Of a DNA stretch of 33,225 nt, positions 24,876 through 32,373 are shown one piece after another. Numbering within the stretch: the first letter of the stretch is position 1; the number at the start of each line of letters is the position of its first letter. The stretch is from Methanosarcinales archaeon (GTDB lineage Archaea > Halobacteriota > Syntropharchaeia > Alkanophagales > Methanospirareceae): the NCBI GenBank assembly GCA_003661125.1, contig QMVO01000001.1:1-33225 (forward strand). Direction: 5' to 3'. The translations under genes were made by a program, and so were the position numbers. Below the pieces are notes generated by a model. That model worked only from the letters and a program-made list of their open reading frames with translations. It was not told the DNA's origin and did no database searches.

Positions 24876-25865
24876 TCAACTAAGCTTCGCTGTGACTTCA
24901 AACAATCGTACAAAAATTATCTCTGCGCCACTTCTGCTCTTAAACATAAGCATGAGATGCGTCACATGATTGAGTTTGTACGGCACATAAACAGCTACCG
25001 TATTCGAACCTTTGTGTATATATCTTGGAAACGGAAATACACTCGGCTGGACACTCATCTTGAACTCCTGTGAAGACTCTATATTCAATATTAGCCTAGC
25101 GCCAAAGAACGACTTTACTACCTTATAGCTTGTGATAGTCACTGCTTTTTCTGGCTCTGGCTGTGGTTCATGCTCTTTTGGCTTGACTATCCATGCCTCT
25201 GGTATTGGATAGCTCAGTGGTAGTGTTCCATAACCATCATCACCCCAGTCATCTCCCCACGAATTCTTGAATTCAAAGACTTTATTATCGAGGTCGTATC
25301 CGGTAATAACAATCGCGTGATAACCCAAGAACTTACCCGACGGCATTTTTATCTTGCCGTTAGAGCGCCATGAAGCATCATATACAGGAACTGCTGCAAA
25401 AACAGGCAATTTATTTGCAAATATAGTGCCTGGCAAATCATAATAAACGCGATGATAACTGCCAATACGATACTGCTCCGCTTCTTTGTTCATACGCGTT
25501 GGTGAACATACTTTTTGTAGACACTTGTTAGAGATAGGGAAGCAAGCATTAACACACGTGCCTTGCTTTTTCATAATCTTCAGCGCATCCCTTAGTTCCA
25601 TCCCTCTACCTGCATTTGCACGCCGCTCATAGACCCAACATTCGGAGAGATCCACACCATCAAAGAAAGGTCGTGATTCTGCAATCGCGCAGATAGCGCA
25701 CGCTACACAAATAGGCATCCCATCCTGATCAATCACATGCGATTGACTATCTCTGAGACTGAACTTTCGCGGGATGGGTGTGGTAGTAGGTGCCGCGTAC
25801 TGCACATCTCTGAGGTCTCCCCGCGATAACAGCGCGGCACACGGATACACACGAGCTGATTTCAT
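24876..25865 (-). CDS. papain-family (C1-like) cysteine peptidase with an extra C-terminal domain of about 90 aa; no signal peptide
   Basis: Candidate catalytic Cys region DQDGMPICVACAICAIAES. His region FLGYHAIVITGYD. Asn/Trp region FEFKNSWGDDWGDDGYGTL, which matches the hallmark NSWG..WG..GY of papain-like peptidases. Confidence 0.7.
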   Translation of the reverse strand: MKSARVYPCAALLSRGDLRDVQYAAPTTTPIPRKFSLRDSQSHVIDQDGMPICVACAICAIAESRPFFDGVDLSECWVYERRANAGRGMELRDALKIMKKQGTCVNACFPISNKCLQKVCSPTRMNKEAEQYRIGSYHRVYYDLPGTIFANKLPVFAAVPVYDASWRSNGKIKMPSGKFLGYHAIVITGYDLDNKVFEFKNSWGDDWGDDGYGTLPLSYPIPEAWIVKPKEHEPQPEPEKAVTITSYKVVKSFFGARLILNIESSQEFKMSVQPSVFPFPRYIHKGSNTVAVYVPYKLNHVTHLMLMFKSRSGAEIIFVRLFEVTAKLS

Positions 25866-25868
25866 AGA

Positions 25869-26540
25869 TTACGGTTGCTCTTCCGAGAAGATGGGAGGGA
25901 GAGGTTCAACATCCTGCCATACACATAGGTGAGACAAGCCAGTTTCGGGTACGGGCGCTTCGGGCGTTGGTACAGGAATAGACCACTCAACTGAAGCTGA
26001 TAGCGCGTATTTATTCGCTCTCACTGTAGACTTTGAGATAGCATTATCAATACCGACGCCAGACTTTGCTCCACCGCGCGTACCCTCTATCAAGTACGCG
26101 TGCTGTAACGAAAATGGTACTACTTGCATGGATACTGCAACATCCATCTCGCCTTCGCTATTCGCTGCTATACCGGAGACAACTGCGTGGCATGTATCGT
26201 TAGTAAGCCTATTACCAACGCCGATGTTCTCGATATATGCACTTCCCGCGATGATGCCCTCGCCTGCGCGCGATGATAAGTTAGTAGCGAGTGTTAGCCC
26301 TGCCGAATCTACAATAGCTGATTTGGCATAGCTAAACTGAGATGCTTTCGTTATTGATAACGATGAATCGTATAACACCGATATCGAAGCATTACACAAT
26401 TGAAGGGAATCTGAAGATGTTGCATCTGATTCGCCCTCGCCCATCATCGTGACACTATAAACTAACTGCGCTGATGCACTGCCTACGAAAGCTACTACTA
26501 AAAAAAGCGCTATGGCTATCGCATATAGCTTCTTATGCAT
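25869..26540 (-). CDS. secreted protein of unknown function with a Sec-type signal peptide
   Basis: MHKKLYAIAIALFLVVAFVGSASA/Q gives a classic n-h-c signal with an A-S-A site. The rest is Ser/Ala/Gly/Val-rich and beta-like. It overlaps the upstream membrane-protein gene by 8 nt. Confidence 0.6.
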   Translation of the reverse strand: MHKKLYAIAIALFLVVAFVGSASAQLVYSVTMMGEGESDATSSDSLQLCNASISVLYDSSLSITKASQFSYAKSAIVDSAGLTLATNLSSRAGEGIIAGSAYIENIGVGNRLTNDTCHAVVSGIAANSEGEMDVAVSMQVVPFSLQHAYLIEGTRGGAKSGVGIDNAISKSTVRANKYALSASVEWSIPVPTPEAPVPETGLSHLCVWQDVEPLPPIFSEEQP

Positions 26541-26796
26541 TCTGGAACCACCTCATCACCGCCTTTAGCGCATTCTCCACAATAACAACTATACCAGCGT
26601 ATGCAGCGAACTGCGTTGCTACTGCTTCTTCTGTTATCACAGCTCCTTTGACATATAAGACCACACCAACGAGTGCCCCAACCAAGACTGTAGTCGCAAA
26701 CTTCGTAACATCGAATTCTTCATCTTTCGCTGATTTTAAATACCCGGACATTGCAAACACTATTGCCGCAACCACAGAAAATATTATCGCTTCCAT
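26533..26796 (-). CDS. small membrane protein (87 aa, 2-3 TM helices), holin-like
   Basis: TM candidates AIIFSVVAAIVFAMSGYL, FATTVLVGALVGVVLYV and FAAYAGIVVIV, with a polar/charged C-terminus. AGGTG Shine-Dalgarno motif 7 nt upstream. Confidence 0.55.
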   Translation of the reverse strand: MEAIIFSVVAAIVFAMSGYLKSAKDEEFDVTKFATTVLVGALVGVVLYVKGAVITEEAVATQFAAYAGIVVIVENALKAVMRWFQNA

Positions 26797-26852
26797 TTCG
26801 CGACACCTAATAATAGTTATGAAATTAAACTATATAAAAAGGTTTTGGTAGT

Positions 26853-29144
26853 TCAGGTCGTGCCCTTCTTTACGCCATCTATATAGACATCTACGCCTCT
26901 AAGTTCATTGCCTTGCTCGTCCTTCGTGACGAAAGTCACTTCCACTGTTGGTGAAACATTATAGAAGTCGAACTCATCATCAGAAGGACAAGTGGGCATT
27001 AGCCGCCCATCTCTGACATGGATACTATAATTCTGGTTTGACTCTATACTTGTAATATCGAATGTTATATCCTCTATATCTTGGTAATCCAATACCCTAT
27101 CGCTTTTTACTCCGGCAATAGTCCCTACCGCTGCACATCCATATTCTTTCTTCACCCATACAAAACGTTTTTTAGAAATACCACCATCATTTCTTATACG
27201 CACTTTAAATTTAAGCTCTAATCCTACTGGGATATAAGCTGTGCCACCGCGAGTGATTTCTGTCCATCTACTGCCACCATCTAGGCTGTAATACGCGTTA
27301 GTTATCTTCAATTCTGGGTTTTTAGCTTTTATGGTTACTGATAGCGTTCTCTCGTCTGTGCTCTTTCCCGTGGATGTTGGCGCTATATAGAACACTAATG
27401 AATAAGTATTAGGTATAGCATTTGAAGGAACAGCAAATGATAGCGGAGAAAATGTCTTCGTTTCATTTGGCTTTATTTCAGATATGCTGTACGTCTTGTA
27501 ACGTGACTGCGGGTCTGTATTTATTTTCACAAAAAGATTTCCTGTATCTGCCTTATCACCAACATTCTTAATTGTTACGCTCAACTGTATAGTATCCCCA
27601 GGGTGTATATCACCACCCGTTATTACAGCCGCGTTTGTAAACCTAAAGTCGGGCTTTTTAGCTACTAGCGTCTTCGTTACGGTAGTGGCAGTATTAGGCA
27701 CTGTATAATCGAATTCCACAGTGCGATAGCCTTCCTTAACTAACTTCACATGCACTGTCTTACCGGGCTCAAGCTCAATAGTAAGTGATGGCATTGTTTC
27801 TCCTTTTAGGTCTCCATCTATATAAAGCTTTACCTCGCGTAACTCACTACCATCTTCAGCTTTCGTAACAAAAGTGATTGATACTTTACTGGGACTGAAA
27901 CATTCAGGGCATTTTGCATTTATCGAGTTCTTTTCCCATGCAGCCCAAAGGAAATCTACTTCGCGTATAGTTATCTTTTTTTCGTGATAGTCGTTCCATG
28001 CAATACCCATATCAGTTATATCAATTTTACCATTACTGTCCTTATCATAGGACAGTAATAACTCACAACCGTTTGCAAACGAAGGAGTTGGCGCGCTACA
28101 GGTCAGTTCAGGCAATGTCTCACCTTCAATAATCAATGAAGGAATCAAATCGCTATGCGTATTGTTATTAGCATCCGTAAACGATACAAACGTTAGCTTA
28201 CCATCGCTATTTTCTATTGTTTCTACATCATGGAACATCTGTGGATAACCCGACAAGTGGACTTCTATGTTGTACTCCTCGGCACCTCGTTTTATCTCAT
28301 TGCCTTTGCCCGGCGAAATTGACCACGAAGTTACCTGCGCAGTCGCATCAGAACACGCACGTGTTTTTATGGCCGTTATCTTCAGATACCCTGTCCCTCT
28401 TATCGTTAGCTTGCCTTTGAACACGCCTGAGATACTTGGATATGGGCTGCTCGATTCGCCGGTATCAAAAACTGCTTTGCTACTACCAGTCACCGGAAGC
28501 GCATTCAGCGCTTCGGTTACTATTTCTTCTGGAAGCTCGTTCCATGTGTAATAAGTAGCCCAGTCTGTAAAATATATGCAATCTACATTGTCAGGCGGAT
28601 TGCTACACCCATCTGCTAATAATATTGCTATTAGAACTTTCTTGTGTTTGTATAGCTTCGAAGACCACCATCCGATATAAGAAGCTGTAGGCGGCTTGCA
28701 CCATTTATCTTGATTGCCACTACTATCGCCATATTCTTCTGGTATAACTGCCTCATTTATTGTACCTCCCTCACCTAACTTAGCCATTAAGTTGTCATAA
28801 AATTCCTGTTTCGTTATCTTCGGTATTTCAGCAACAGTAAAAGTATCTGTTACCGAATCCGTCACAGGAGTATCAAAAGGATTTACTTCAACTAACACTG
28901 TATGACTACCGTGGATATCTGAACTTACATGGATATTATATGCGCTTGAACGCTCGCCGGGAGCAAGTGCGGTTGATTGATATTGACGATAGAGGTTACC
29001 ATCTAAATACAGTTTTACCCAATATCGCGAGCTCGTGTCACCATTGTTCTCAACATAAAATGAAGCTTTTACATAGTCATCCGGTTCGATTGTGTGTAAG
29101 TCTAATAAGCTTTCTCCGGCGAGGATTATCTTCATGCTTTTCAT
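26853..29144 (-). CDS. adhesin/virion-surface-like protein (763 aa): CARDB-like domains, dockerin/EF-hand loop, PEGA-like domain, truncated PEGA-like C-terminal tag
   Basis: N-terminal CARDB pattern (DLHTIEPDDYVKASFYVENNGDTSSRYWVKLYLDGN...). EF-hand loop SYDKDSNGKIDITDM. Full internal PEGA-like unit VSITFVTKAEDGSELREVKLYIDGDLKGETMPSLTIELEPGKTVHVKLVKEGY. Further CARDB-like units (VTIKNVGDKAD; VRIRNDGGIS). A module shared with the giant protein (TCPSDDEFDF). Ends ...VEVTFVTKDEQGNELRGVDVYIDGVKKGTT*. No signal peptide. Confidence 0.75.
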   Translation of the reverse strand: MKSMKIILAGESLLDLHTIEPDDYVKASFYVENNGDTSSRYWVKLYLDGNLYRQYQSTALAPGERSSAYNIHVSSDIHGSHTVLVEVNPFDTPVTDSVTDTFTVAEIPKITKQEFYDNLMAKLGEGGTINEAVIPEEYGDSSGNQDKWCKPPTASYIGWWSSKLYKHKKVLIAILLADGCSNPPDNVDCIYFTDWATYYTWNELPEEIVTEALNALPVTGSSKAVFDTGESSSPYPSISGVFKGKLTIRGTGYLKITAIKTRACSDATAQVTSWSISPGKGNEIKRGAEEYNIEVHLSGYPQMFHDVETIENSDGKLTFVSFTDANNNTHSDLIPSLIIEGETLPELTCSAPTPSFANGCELLLSYDKDSNGKIDITDMGIAWNDYHEKKITIREVDFLWAAWEKNSINAKCPECFSPSKVSITFVTKAEDGSELREVKLYIDGDLKGETMPSLTIELEPGKTVHVKLVKEGYRTVEFDYTVPNTATTVTKTLVAKKPDFRFTNAAVITGGDIHPGDTIQLSVTIKNVGDKADTGNLFVKINTDPQSRYKTYSISEIKPNETKTFSPLSFAVPSNAIPNTYSLVFYIAPTSTGKSTDERTLSVTIKAKNPELKITNAYYSLDGGSRWTEITRGGTAYIPVGLELKFKVRIRNDGGISKKRFVWVKKEYGCAAVGTIAGVKSDRVLDYQDIEDITFDITSIESNQNYSIHVRDGRLMPTCPSDDEFDFYNVSPTVEVTFVTKDEQGNELRGVDVYIDGVKKGTT

Positions 29145-29461
29145 CCTGTTTCTCCTATTAGTTCACCGTTAATATAAACGCTAACATCTGCTAGTTCTAC
29201 ACCTGATTCGTCATGGACGATGAAAGTAATTGGTACATTTTGCGGTGTGCCACCACCTCCCCCTTCTTTAGCGAGGACAAGCTCGATAACAACGCAAAAC
29301 TGACAACATCCATGCGAACCCACAGGGGCATAGCCGCACGATACAACTTTCCAGCCATCTGGTGGGCTATAGCTAACACAGGATTCGCCACATGCATACC
29401 CGTGTATTTTCGTTGGGTTGCCGTTCTCATCGCGTTCCAAAACTGTTTCATCATTGAGCAT
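29141..29461 (-). CDS. small Cys-rich protein (106 aa) ending in a poly-Gly linker and a truncated PEGA-like tag
   Basis: ORF track. ATGA overlap with the downstream 763-aa gene. The C-terminus is GGGGGTPQNVPITFIVHDESGVELADVSVYINGELIGETG*. Confidence 0.6.
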   Translation of the reverse strand: MLNDETVLERDENGNPTKIHGYACGESCVSYSPPDGWKVVSCGYAPVGSHGCCQFCVVIELVLAKEGGGGGTPQNVPITFIVHDESGVELADVSVYINGELIGETG

Positions 29462-29468
29462 AGAAGCA

Positions 29469-30440
29469 TCATGTTGTTCCTTTTAGTGCACCATCCACAC
29501 GAATTTCAACGCCTGATATTTCTGTACCATTATTGTCTTTTGCGATAAAAGTCACCTTTTTCTTGCCTTTATAACATCCCGGACAGAGTTTGTTAATTGA
29601 TTTGCGATAGTATGCCTCACCAACATAATCAAATTCAGGTTCGGCTATTTTGCCATTGACCCAATCCTTATGGCAAGCATCTAGCTCGTTAACATCTATT
29701 ACCCCATCATTATTCTTGTCATAGTAAAGGATTAGCTCACAGCCTGTTTCAAGCAATAAGCTCCCATAAGGGTTGTTATCACACAGAATCTCACCAGGAC
29801 ATTTTGCATTTATACTACCATATCGCGGATCAGAGCTAGGATACGCAAATAAAGAACTTATAAAGTGGAACTCTTCCTCTGTTAGTTTACCTTGGTGAAA
29901 CATTTCATCTGCTTTAGCAAGATCTGAAGACGTTAGATATCCATCATTGTCTGTATCGAAGTATTCAAGCATCGCATAGCCTGACTCAAAGTGTGGTGTT
30001 GGTGCATAACACCCTAAAGGTCTCTCTAACCAGTAGGCTTTCCCTACTTCTAAAGTATTTGTGTAAATAAACCTGCCTTCATCATAGTTATACCCCTGTA
30101 CATGCCATTCCAACCCTGTACCTTCCACGTTTATAGGTTCTGTACCGGGTCCAACCAGCGCCCACTCGCCATGCTTTAATGATCTATAAATTGTTAGCAA
30201 GTCATCAAATGTTACTGTACAATCCGTTCCGCTTATTGTTATCTCTCTAGTTCCCCACGGAACATATACATAATAGCCTTTTGAACATTCTAGGTTCGTC
30301 GCGTGAACCCACTTACCTTCCTTATACTCCCATACCTCTACATCTGGACCGAAAACGCTGGCGGGGTCGGATGGCGAAGGTATCACCGGTATTGATATAT
30401 AATTCTCGAGGGTTCTGAGGTTGATCGTATATTCTGACAT
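29469..30440 (-). CDS. surface/virion-like protein (323 aa) with two EF-hand/dockerin-like loops and a truncated PEGA-like tag
   Basis: YFDTDNDGYLTSSDLAKADEMF and YYDKNNDGVIDVNELDACHKDW. The module SINKLCPGCY is shared with the 763-aa protein. Ends KKVTFIAKDNNGTEISGVEIRVDGALKGTT*. No signal peptide. Confidence 0.7.
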   Translation of the reverse strand: MSEYTINLRTLENYISIPVIPSPSDPASVFGPDVEVWEYKEGKWVHATNLECSKGYYVYVPWGTREITISGTDCTVTFDDLLTIYRSLKHGEWALVGPGTEPINVEGTGLEWHVQGYNYDEGRFIYTNTLEVGKAYWLERPLGCYAPTPHFESGYAMLEYFDTDNDGYLTSSDLAKADEMFHQGKLTEEEFHFISSLFAYPSSDPRYGSINAKCPGEILCDNNPYGSLLLETGCELILYYDKNNDGVIDVNELDACHKDWVNGKIAEPEFDYVGEAYYRKSINKLCPGCYKGKKKVTFIAKDNNGTEISGVEIRVDGALKGTT

Positions 30441-30510
30441 TGCACGCTACACTATATTTTTTAAATAAACAGCATATATAAAAAACTATCTGTCGCAAAT
30501 ACTGAGAAAG

Positions 30511-30864
30511 ATGAGAGAAAGGTTAGTGGTCAGCAAAACACAACTTGAGGAAGAATATGGCTGCAAGCTACCTATCAGTACAGGTAACCATAAAGTGGCT
30601 ACATTGACTCGTACCTTGATACCCGAACTGAAGAGAAAAGCAGTACTTCGATATGACAAGTATAAAGAAGTACTATTGAAAGAAATCAAAGCGAAGGGCG
30701 AAATAGCAACCAGAGAGCTATATAACAGGACCTTCGCAAATGAGTTATCATACAGAAGATTTAGTGAAATAATCAAGCGTATGGTAGCAGAGGGGTTAGT
30801 GGACAGGAAAGTTATATCTAAGGGCAGGCAGGGGCGCGAGTCGATAGTTAGAGCGCGAACATAG
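30511..30864 (+). CDS. winged-helix (MarR/ArsR-like) DNA-binding protein (117 aa)
   Basis: GEIATRELYNRTFANELSYRRFSEIIKRMVAEGLVDRKVISKGRQGRESI reads as HTH plus a beta-wing. It is divergent from the adhesin operon across an AT-rich promoter region (30441-30510). Confidence 0.55.
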   Translation: MRERLVVSKTQLEEEYGCKLPISTGNHKVATLTRTLIPELKRKAVLRYDKYKEVLLKEIKAKGEIATRELYNRTFANELSYRRFSEIIKRMVAEGLVDRKVISKGRQGRESIVRART

Positions 30865-30865
30865 T

Positions 30866-30985
30866 CAACTACCCACCGTTAAAACGGTAGGCTTGCGGGT
30901 GAATCATCATGCACCGCACTCATCCCCGCCTCAGGCTGGTTGACAACAACCCTGTGAGTTGGAGCCCGCTCCCAACTCACTCAGG
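30866..30985 (-). ncRNA. candidate omega-RNA (reRNA) scaffold overlapping the tnpB 3' end and right end
   Basis: In characterised TnpB systems the guide RNA derives from the 3' end of tnpB plus the right end. Stem-loops here are at 30954-30979 (gtgagttgg..ccaactcac) and 30871-30890. The extent and guide cannot be set without RNA data or a covariance model. Confidence 0.35.
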
Positions 30986-32025
30986 TTCATAGAGGCAACA
31001 AGGTCCGCATTATCTTGGAAACCGCAGTTGATACACCGGAACAGCGCCTGCGTCCTCCTGTTCCTCTTGTCTATCACACCACATCTTGGACAATGCTGCG
31101 ATGTATACGCGGGATCCACTCGGATAACGGGTATACCTCTTTCAGAGCATTTGTATTCTATCATTGTGCTGAGCTTTCTGAACGCCCAGCTATGGAAGTT
31201 CGCTCTGTCATTCTTCCGTCTCTTGACGCGGTCTCTTATGCCCGTGAGATCCTCCAGCACCACTACATCGCCTTCCTTGAGGCTGTCAACGAATTCTCTG
31301 CTTATCTGGTGCAAGACGGTATTTGCCCATCGATTCTCCTTACCACTAAGCCGTTTAAGCTTCCTCTTCGCAGAGGAAGTGCCTATTTTCTGGAGTGTTT
31401 GCCTCTGTTTCCTATAATGTTCCCTCTTCGCTTTTATATCACCCCCTTTTCGTTTAAATCCGTTGGAAGCGACAAGAATATTTCGTTCGCCGATGTCCAC
31501 ACCCACATAATTGCTCCCTTCAGGATCAGGAAGCTCGTATCTGACGGTGATATGGACATAGATGTCATCATCTCTGAAAGTAATCTTGGCATCTCTTACG
31601 GGATTATTCAGGAGCTGTCGCTGATAATCGCCTATGTCAAGTGCGAGTTTCACGCGTCCATGAAGGGTAGCAATAGAGATTCTGAAATCGCCATTGTTCC
31701 TGAGCAGAGTAAAGAGTTTCTTATCCAGATCCATACTAAGCTGTCTAAACTTGTGTTGCCTGTGCCGGTTCTGTTTATACGATTTCGCTACGCGGTCACG
31801 CGCCCGGACTGCGAGATTCGCAGGGAGTTTGTAGCGCTCTCTTACCGTTCTGTAAGTGAAATGGTGCAATGCGACGGAGTTGAAACACCTCTTGGTAAAA
31901 GCAACCTCGCTGATATAGTTACAGGCATCTCTGAAAGCTATTGCAGTCTCCCTTATCTTCTCCGCTTCCTCTTCCATCTCGCGCAGCTTACATACTACCG
32001 TCTTTATCGCTTCCATCATGTTCAT
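30931..32025 (-). CDS. tnpB: TnpB (OrfB) RNA-guided RuvC-like nuclease
   Basis: RuvC-I YVGVDIGERN, RuvC-II VVVLEDLTG, zinc finger CPRCG...CINCG, RuvC-III QDNADLVASMNL. The catalytic D/E/D all appear intact. 364 aa is typical for TnpB. Confidence 0.85.
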   Translation of the reverse strand: MNMMEAIKTVVCKLREMEEEAEKIRETAIAFRDACNYISEVAFTKRCFNSVALHHFTYRTVRERYKLPANLAVRARDRVAKSYKQNRHRQHKFRQLSMDLDKKLFTLLRNNGDFRISIATLHGRVKLALDIGDYQRQLLNNPVRDAKITFRDDDIYVHITVRYELPDPEGSNYVGVDIGERNILVASNGFKRKGGDIKAKREHYRKQRQTLQKIGTSSAKRKLKRLSGKENRWANTVLHQISREFVDSLKEGDVVVLEDLTGIRDRVKRRKNDRANFHSWAFRKLSTMIEYKCSERGIPVIRVDPAYTSQHCPRCGVIDKRNRRTQALFRCINCGFQDNADLVASMNLSELGAGSNSQGCCQPA

Positions 32026-32141
32026 ATAGGTTTTTTATATATAAAACCTTAATATTAAAAACAAAAGAGGTGAGAGAGGGCGAATTCCTCACACCTACAA
32101 GTAGGTGTGTCTCCTTCGCCCGTGTACTATGAAAGGCAGTT

Positions 32142-32336
32142 CTACTCTCTTCTGTGTTTCTTCAAGAGCAGTGAGATGTCGTCTTCTTCAAGCGATGCGA
32201 GTATATCAAGTGTTATCCGCAGCACTTCTTTTACTTGTGCGATGTTGACACTCTCTTTCTTGCCTTCTGCTTTGGTTATTTCCTCAGCAAGCCACTCTTC
32301 ACTTATTATCCCTTTTTTGGTATACTTTGCGCACAT
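32142..32336 (-). CDS. hypothetical small helical protein (64 aa from MCAKYTKKG...)
   Basis: Shortened version of track ORF 32142-32561, chosen so that it does not overlap the divergent + gene. The start is uncertain. Confidence 0.4.
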   Translation of the reverse strand: MCAKYTKKGIISEEWLAEEITKAEGKKESVNIAQVKEVLRITLDILASLEEDDISLLLKKHRRE

Positions 32337-32373
32337 AATATTATTTATCTGCTTTGATAATAAAAACATATTC

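Larger units (their letters stand above)
30866..32112 (-). mobile_element. tnpB-only IS200/IS605-family (IS1341-like) element; boundaries approximate
   Basis: tnpB is flanked by subterminal hairpins: 32090-32109 (cacaccta-caag-taggtgtg, perfect 8 bp) upstream of tnpB, and 30871-30890 (ccCaccgtt..aacggTagg) downstream. No Y1 transposase (tnpA) is adjacent. The element sits between two convergent genes. Confidence 0.6.

Noticed and set aside
24831-25073. 80-aa + strand ORF
   Set aside because: It overlaps the 3' part of the papain-like peptidase gene on the opposite strand and has an AT-rich, low-information sequence.
26853-29472. Idea that the truncated PEGA-like ends are artefacts of frameshift or read-through, so that neighbouring ORFs are really fused (e.g. 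...GETG* + MKSMKIILAGE resembling internal ...GET-MPSLTIELEPG)
   Set aside because: Reading through each stop gives only a few codons before another stop. The 763-aa N-terminus is better explained as the start of a CARDB domain (DLHTIEPDDYVKASFYVENNGD...). The 323-aa/106-aa junction needs both a frame change and a 4-codon gap. A programmed -1 shift at the ATGA of 29141-29144 cannot be fully excluded without read or proteomic data.
29197-29472. 91-aa alternative-frame ORF overlapping 29141-29461
   Set aside because: It is Met/Leu/Ser-rich with no motifs. The other frame carries the conserved PEGA-like tag and the ATGA coupling.
30866-30930. Possible tRNA fragment or att site just downstream of the wHTH gene
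   Set aside because: There is no cloverleaf or anticodon arm. The hairpin at 30871-30890 is better explained as the IS200/IS605 right-end or omega-RNA structure adjacent to tnpB.
31015-32052. 345-aa + strand ORF (and 30959-31417) opposite tnpB
   Set aside because: The minus-strand frame encodes a complete TnpB with all catalytic motifs. The antisense ORFs have no motifs and odd composition.
32107-32373. N-terminal 89-codon extension of the HExxH ORF as given in the track
   Set aside because: It starts at a non-ATG codon, is Ser/Phe-rich, and is antisense to a more plausible minus-strand gene (32142-32336). The internal ATG at 32374 gives a sensible divergent pair.
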